A DNA stretch of 64,000 nt, taken from positions 123,883 through 187,882 of the forward strand of contig CAIZWN010000005.1 in assembly GCA_903936705.1 (NCBI GenBank), written 5' to 3'. The position numbers were made by a program, and so were the translations under genes. Positions 59,075 to 64,000 of this stretch are shown piece by piece. How positions within the stretch are numbered: position 1 is the stretch's first letter; each line of letters begins with the position of its first letter. The stretch is from an uncultured Myxococcales bacterium. GTDB lineage: Bacteria > Myxococcota_A > UBA9042 > DTJE01. Below the pieces are notes generated by a model. The model had not been told where the DNA came from. It was given only the letters and a program-made list of their open reading frames with translations, and did no database searches.

Positions 59075-60097
59075 GTGAAGGTTCTGGTGACTGGAGGGGC
59101 CGGGTACATCGGAAGCCACGCCTGCGTGCGCCTGCTGGAGGCCGGCCACCAGGTGACGGTCGTGGACAACCTGTGCAACAGCAAGCCCGAGGCCATGCGC
59201 CGGGTCCGCAGGATCACCGGGCGCGACCTGGTGTTCCACCACGTCGATCTTGTCGATTGCGTCGCGCTGCAACGCATCTTCAGCGACGGTGCGTTCGAGG
59301 CGGTCATCCACTTTGCCGGCCTGAAGGCTGTGGGGGAATCGGTTTCGCAGCCCCTGCGCTATTTCCACAACAACCTGACCGGCACCATCTCGCTGCTGCA
59401 GGCAATGACCCAGGCTGGCGTGCGCAATCTGGTGTTCAGTTCGTCGGCCACCGTCTATGGCGACCCGCATACCGTGCCAATCACCGAAGATTTTCCTCTG
59501 GCCGCCGTGAATCCGTACGGTCGAACAAAACTGGTCATCGAGGACATGCTGCGCGATTTGCACCGGTCTGACCCGTCGTGGAACATCCTGCTGCTGAGGT
59601 ACTTCAACCCGGTTGGCGCGCACGAAAGCGGCCTGATCGGCGAGGACCCGCGTGGCATCCCCAACAATCTTCTGCCGTTCGTGGCCCAGGTTGCGGTTGG
59701 CCGCCTTGCTGAAGTGCAGGTGTTCGGAGGCGACTATCCCACACCCGACGGCACGGGCGTGCGCGACTACATCCACGTCGTGGACCTGGCCGAGGGGCAC
59801 GTCAACGCGCTGGAACGCCTTGCCGACCGGCCCGGTATCGTTGCATACAACCTAGGCACGGGAATTGGTTGCTCGGTTCTCCAGGTGGTTCAGGCGTTTC
59901 GCAGGGCATCAGGACATGCCATCCCCTGCAAGATAACTGGCAGGCGACCTGGCGATGCTGCCGCCTGTTTCGCGGACCCGACGAAAGCCAACATGGAACT
60001 GTCCTGGCGAGCCAGCCGCAACCTCGACCAGATGTGCGCCGACGCATGGCGCTGGCAAAGCATGAATCCGGACGGCTATCCGGACGATCCAATTTGA
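59075..60097 (+). CDS. galE: UDP-glucose 4-epimerase
   Basis: TGGAGYIGSH NAD motif, catalytic YGRTK, full-length GalE pattern; GTG start. Confidence 0.85.
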   Translation: MKVLVTGGAGYIGSHACVRLLEAGHQVTVVDNLCNSKPEAMRRVRRITGRDLVFHHVDLVDCVALQRIFSDGAFEAVIHFAGLKAVGESVSQPLRYFHNNLTGTISLLQAMTQAGVRNLVFSSSATVYGDPHTVPITEDFPLAAVNPYGRTKLVIEDMLRDLHRSDPSWNILLLRYFNPVGAHESGLIGEDPRGIPNNLLPFVAQVAVGRLAEVQVFGGDYPTPDGTGVRDYIHVVDLAEGHVNALERLADRPGIVAYNLGTGIGCSVLQVVQAFRRASGHAIPCKITGRRPGDAAACFADPTKANMELSWRASRNLDQMCADAWRWQSMNPDGYPDDPI

Positions 60098-60108
60098 AGG
60101 AGGGTATT

Positions 60109-60753
60109 ATGAACAGGCTTCCGATTTTCCTGGCAATTGCAGTGCTGTCGGCATTTGCAACCGGATGCGCCAACCCGGCCAAGGACGCCCCGAAGGCCAT
60201 CGTCGGCCAGCCTTCCGCACAGGTCGTCCAGGCCCCCGCCAGCAAGGTGATCACGGTAAACCTGGATCCGACAAACACCTCGATTGGTTTTGTAGGCTCG
60301 AAGGTGACCGGCAACCACGAAGGTTCGTTCAGCAGGTTCAAGGGAACCCTGAAGATCACCGACGGGAAGCGTGACACAGCCAGCACCTTCATTGAAATCG
60401 ACATGGATTCACTGGTCATCGAACCCGAAAAGCTGGCCGAACACCTGAAGTCAGCCGACTTCTTCGACGTGGCCACCTTCCCGAAAGCGGTCTACAAGTC
60501 GGGCAGCATGCTGACTGGCGCACCACCGGCACCCGCAACCGATCTTGTTCAGGGAGACCTGACGTTGAAGGGGGTCAACAAGGGTCTGTCGTTCCCCGCT
60601 ACGATCATGATCACGGCGTCCAGGGTCATGGCGTCCGCGAAGTTCAGCATCAATCGAAAGGATTTCGGACTGGTTTATCCAGGCATGCCGGATGACCTGA
60701 TCCGGGACGAGGTGCTGATCAAGCTGAAGGTGGATGCGCCAGTGAATCCATAA
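60109..60753 (+). CDS. YceI-family lipoprotein
   Basis: Lipobox FATGCA; YceI-like beta-barrel pattern (FKGTLKI..G..D......I....L.....K..H......FFD); GAAGGAGG RBS. Confidence 0.7.
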   Translation: MNRLPIFLAIAVLSAFATGCANPAKDAPKAIVGQPSAQVVQAPASKVITVNLDPTNTSIGFVGSKVTGNHEGSFSRFKGTLKITDGKRDTASTFIEIDMDSLVIEPEKLAEHLKSADFFDVATFPKAVYKSGSMLTGAPPAPATDLVQGDLTLKGVNKGLSFPATIMITASRVMASAKFSINRKDFGLVYPGMPDDLIRDEVLIKLKVDAPVNP

Positions 60754-60777
60754 CCGGATTCCCCGGAACGGAATGGT

Positions 60778-63700
60778 TCAATCGGCCTGCAACTTGTCGC
60801 ACGTCGCCCTGGCCAGGGTAGTCTGGTCGTAGTACAGCGACACCTTTGAATCGGGGCAGGCCACCTTCAACGGGTGTCTTGCCTGCAACCCGTACTGCAG
60901 CGTCAGCTTCTCGGATGGCTGGATCGCATCCACGTAGACCATCACCTGACGGTCAGTGGTCTCGAACTTCGATATCAATTTGTCGGTCACCGCCTTCTGC
61001 AGCAGGTCGGACAAAAGGTCGAAGCCAGGAGGCAGGCCAAGGTCCACCAGGACCATCGGCGCGACCTCGGTCGATACGTTTGTCACCGTGGCCGTGACGT
61101 TGACGATGTCGTTCACGGCCATCGTCGTCCGGTCGTACGCAAGCTCGATTTGAAGCGGTCCATCGACCGGATTCACGCCTGCACCCGGCGCAAAGTGCGA
61201 CCACACGATCTGGTACATCATCGTCCCGGTACCGTCGAAGCGAATATCCACGACGTTCGGGCCCACGGGGTCCAGACTGCCGGACAGGTCGAACTGGAAG
61301 AAAACATCCGCGTTGTCTGAATTCACGACCAGCGACGGATCGGCCTGGCTGCCCAGCGGCACCGGGGTACCGTTCAGGATCACGTTGATCGAACCGTCCG
61401 CGTCCTGCGCCAGAGATGTCAACGACGCAACGAACGCCTTCAGGGTCAGGATCGTCGCGTGCGTCGATCCCCAGTTCCCGAACGAATCCTTCTTGGTGGA
61501 CAGATACCCCAACGCCTGCGACACCAGGTCCGGGCTGCGGCCTGCCTTCAGCATAGCCAGCACAGCCAGTGCCGTGGCCTCGATATCGGTACCCTCGCCA
61601 CCACCGTAGTTGCACGAATCCTGTGACACGTCGGCCTTCCAGTGCACCGTCCCGCCTTCGCTGACGGCCCGCCCGGCAAGGTCATCGAAGGCCACGGCGG
61701 CAGCGCTGCCGTTCGGATCCAGCACGGCAAGGGCATTGGCACACATCGCAAGCGCATAGGTGGACGTCGTCGCAGTCAGGTGCGAGGAAATGTACTGCGT
61801 TGCATTGCCGGCTTCCTTCTTGGCGCCACCCAGCGCCCAGCCGATGAAGCACGTCGTCATCAGGTCGTCGTACTGCACGGTCGCGAATTCGCTGCCCTGC
61901 GCCTCGGTCCACGATCCGTCGCCAGCCTGTTTCGAACGCAGGAAGTCGGCAGTGCGAGGCACAATGGCCTCGTCAATGTCCATGACCGACCCGATGTCCG
62001 TGAACTCCATCACACCCATTGCGGACAGGATCAGGTTCGCGGGGGCAGGGTCGCCGAACCAGGTAAAGCCGCCGCCTGTGCATTCGTAGGTCAGCAGGCG
62101 CTGGTAGCCAAGACTGGTGAATTCACGCGCCTTCAGTTCGATGTCCGGCGTGATCTTGCCGGATACCGCCTGGTACTGCAGAACCAGCGCGTCGGGCCAC
62201 AGGGTCGCCGTGGTTTGCTCGAAGCACCCCGACGGCATCTGCAGCAGGCTGTCCAGCCCCTCGACGACCTGAGCCATGACCCCGGGGTACACCTTCACCA
62301 GAAGGCTGGGCGTACCGGGAATCGCGGTCTCGGGATAGGAAATCGTCTGCGTCACAGGTTCGGTCAGGCGCCCCGAGGCCTGGCCACGAACCTCGATCCC
62401 GTCGGGCAGCACCTCGACCGTGCGCATCACGGCATCCGCAACGTTGTCGCTGCCGAAGCCCTTTACCGTCACGCCGTGCCAGCCTACGACCTTGGCCCTC
62501 AGGCCGACATTGACGCCCTTGACGCCACCGGCGGGGACATCCACGGTTACCGACGTACCGGTTGTCAGGTCAGCCCAGGCTCCGGCCTCGATCTCCAGAC
62601 GCACCTGCTGATCCGTGGCCAGGTAGTTGTAGACCGCAATCGGGAACGCAACCTCGTCCCCCCGACGCAGGGTGCGCGGCAACGCGGCATCGACAAAGAA
62701 CGCCTGGAACACGGTAAGGCCCTTCGTCACCGAGCCCAGACGGCCATCGACGCTGTTGGCCAGGGCCGACAGGCGCCATTCGGTGATGCTGTCCGCCATC
62801 GGGAATTCAAGCACTGCCTCGCCGTTCCCATCGGTAATCACCTGGGGATTCACGTACAGGGTCTCGGGGAACCAACTGCGGATGCGCGGCTGATCGCCTT
62901 CGTTCGCGACTGGAGGTGTCGTGCCAGAGTCGGATGAAGCCGCAGCGTCCATCGCGCCGGGGAAGCCTCCGCCGCCGTTGTTCATGTCCTCCCAACCGCC
63001 GCGATTCATTGCCTCCCACGACTGGAACGTTGTCTTGAAGTCGTCCGCGGTGTCCCAGATCTCGTCGGGACCACGGCTTGACATCGTGATCGTGTAGTTG
63101 TCCGCCGACGTAAACCGGTACAGGTTGCCGAAGAAATCGTAGAACAGGCGCTGGTCCTTCAGGAACGGGATCACAGTGTCCCAGTTCAACTGGCCGGCCT
63201 CGCCCATCCACTGCAAGACGCCCAGAATGCGCGTCCGGTCGGTGTCGTAGAACGGCTTCAGGACCAGCAAGGCACCGCCCAGATCCTTGTCCCACGACGA
63301 GGCCGACTGCGACGATCCCGCGGAACCCAGCGCCGAGAACGCAGCCTGCGCCTCCTTCTGGCGCCGTGCCTGGGCCTGGGGGTCCTGCGTGTCGTCGGTA
63401 ACGATGCCCGTAAGGTCGAACGCCGCGCCATGAACCTCGTATTTCGGCTGGCGTATCGCGTCCTCGATCTGGAAGTAGGTCCGCAGCAGGCCTGGCTGGT
63501 TGTCGGACAGGGCATAGACCGCCTCGTCGACAACGTGAACGCCCAGCGCAGCCACCACCGGTTCGCCAGTGGTGCCACGTGTCACCTTCAGCGTCACCTT
63601 GGCGCCGTCGGCCGGCGCGTACTTGGTTTTATCCGGCGTGACCAGGACGGTCAGCGCATCAGCCCCCTGCACGAACACGACCTTCTCGTCACGGATGATG

Positions 63701-64000
63701 CGACCCTCGGCCGACAGATAGTACGCAGCGATGACCAGGTCGCCGGCCAGCTCGTTGTCCAGGTCAACCTGGATCTGCCCGCGACCTGCCGTCAGGTCGA
63801 AGGCCTCTTCGCGCACAACCCGCCCGGCGCGCAGAAGGTCCAGATAGATGCGGTCCTTCGCATCCGGGGCCATGACAGTGATCGTCGCGGTTTCTCCGAC
63901 GCGGTACAGCGCCTGATCCGAACGCACCAGAACGGCTTCGCCCGACTCGCCGGGCGTCATGGCGAACGACTGGGTGACCGTCTGGCCGCTGGCATCGCTG
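60778..64000 (-). CDS. Alpha-2-macroglobulin family protein with thioester CxEQ motif (5' end lies beyond the window)
   Basis: MG-domain beta-rich repeats; GCFEQT at 62212-62229 matches the bacterial A2M thioester site; ORF open to the window edge. Confidence 0.7.
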   Translation of the reverse strand, partial: SDASGQTVTQSFAMTPGESGEAVLVRSDQALYRVGETATITVMAPDAKDRIYLDLLRAGRVVREEAFDLTAGRGQIQVDLDNELAGDLVIAAYYLSAEGRIIRDEKVVFVQGADALTVLVTPDKTKYAPADGAKVTLKVTRGTTGEPVVAALGVHVVDEAVYALSDNQPGLLRTYFQIEDAIRQPKYEVHGAAFDLTGIVTDDTQDPQAQARRQKEAQAAFSALGSAGSSQSASSWDKDLGGALLVLKPFYDTDRTRILGVLQWMGEAGQLNWDTVIPFLKDQRLFYDFFGNLYRFTSADNYTITMSSRGPDEIWDTADDFKTTFQSWEAMNRGGWEDMNNGGGGFPGAMDAAASSDSGTTPPVANEGDQPRIRSWFPETLYVNPQVITDGNGEAVLEFPMADSITEWRLSALANSVDGRLGSVTKGLTVFQAFFVDAALPRTLRRGDEVAFPIAVYNYLATDQQVRLEIEAGAWADLTTGTSVTVDVPAGGVKGVNVGLRAKVVGWHGVTVKGFGSDNVADAVMRTVEVLPDGIEVRGQASGRLTEPVTQTISYPETAIPGTPSLLVKVYPGVMAQVVEGLDSLLQMPSGCFEQTTATLWPDALVLQYQAVSGKITPDIELKAREFTSLGYQRLLTYECTGGGFTWFGDPAPANLILSAMGVMEFTDIGSVMDIDEAIVPRTADFLRSKQAGDGSWTEAQGSEFATVQYDDLMTTCFIGWALGGAKKEAGNATQYISSHLTATTSTYALAMCANALAVLDPNGSAAAVAFDDLAGRAVSEGGTVHWKADVSQDSCNYGGGEGTDIEATALAVLAMLKAGRSPDLVSQALGYLSTKKDSFGNWGSTHATILTLKAFVASLTSLAQDADGSINVILNGTPVPLGSQADPSLVVNSDNADVFFQFDLSGSLDPVGPNVVDIRFDGTGTMMYQIVWSHFAPGAGVNPVDGPLQIELAYDRTTMAVNDIVNVTATVTNVSTEVAPMVLVDLGLPPGFDLLSDLLQKAVTDKLISKFETTDRQVMVYVDAIQPSEKLTLQYGLQARHPLKVACPDSKVSLYYDQTTLARATCDKLQAD

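Noticed and set aside
1-64000. CRISPR arrays, tRNA or rRNA genes, and IS transposases
   Set aside because: No short direct-repeat and spacer array, no tRNA-like cloverleaf candidates and no transposase-like ORFs were seen on manual inspection. The only repeats are the DGR TR/VR pair, the kinase tandem repeats and the intergenic inverted repeats listed above.

Overview
This window is GC-rich (roughly 65%) and gene-dense, and it is almost certainly chromosomal DNA from a Myxococcota (myxobacterial) genome. The lineage call rests on a MYXO-CTERM sorting tail on a secreted GH38 mannosidase, many Cys-containing lipoprotein signals followed by acidic Asp/Pro linkers, zinc-ribbon Ser/Thr kinases, PEGA/TPR proteins and choice-of-anchor-D-like repeats. 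Most of the window is ordinary housekeeping or envelope biology:
- a dipeptidase + POT transporter operon;
- serB and a GlpT-like MFS transporter;
- a GH38 mannosidase and a Rieske protein;
- a flippase-like + GT-C glycosyltransferase + AlkP-family membrane-modification cluster;
- OPT and CorA transporters;
- a hemerythrin / DUF438 / DUF2249 / sigma-54-GAF sensing cluster;
- a PfkB kinase and YjbQ;
- an MBOAT + three SGNH + GalE polysaccharide O-acyl cluster, a YceI protein, and a partial thioester-type alpha-2-macroglobulin gene.
The standout is a complete diversity-generating retroelement (DGR) at about 40.5-44.8 kb on the minus strand. It contains a reverse transcriptase with IGxxxSQ and YMDD motifs. 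It carries both an Avd protein and an HRDC-domain protein as accessories. A 125-bp template repeat overlaps the 3' end of the RT gene. The matching variable repeat sits at the extreme 3' end of a Cys-rich lipoprotein gene with a C-terminal FGE-sulfatase (C-type lectin) fold. TR and VR differ at 17 positions, and every one falls on a TR adenine. The DGR target is the last gene of an apparent operon with a membrane Ser/Thr kinase and a PEGA/TPR protein, and a Phd/VapC toxin-antitoxin pair sits just downstream of the template repeat. Other accessory features are three toxin-antitoxin-like pairs, an AlbA_2/HATPase_c_4 protein translationally coupled to a 64-aa ORF, a Ser/Thr-kinase-bacteriohemerythrin fusion, and a highly structured intergenic element. 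No rRNA, tRNA or CRISPR array was recognised.
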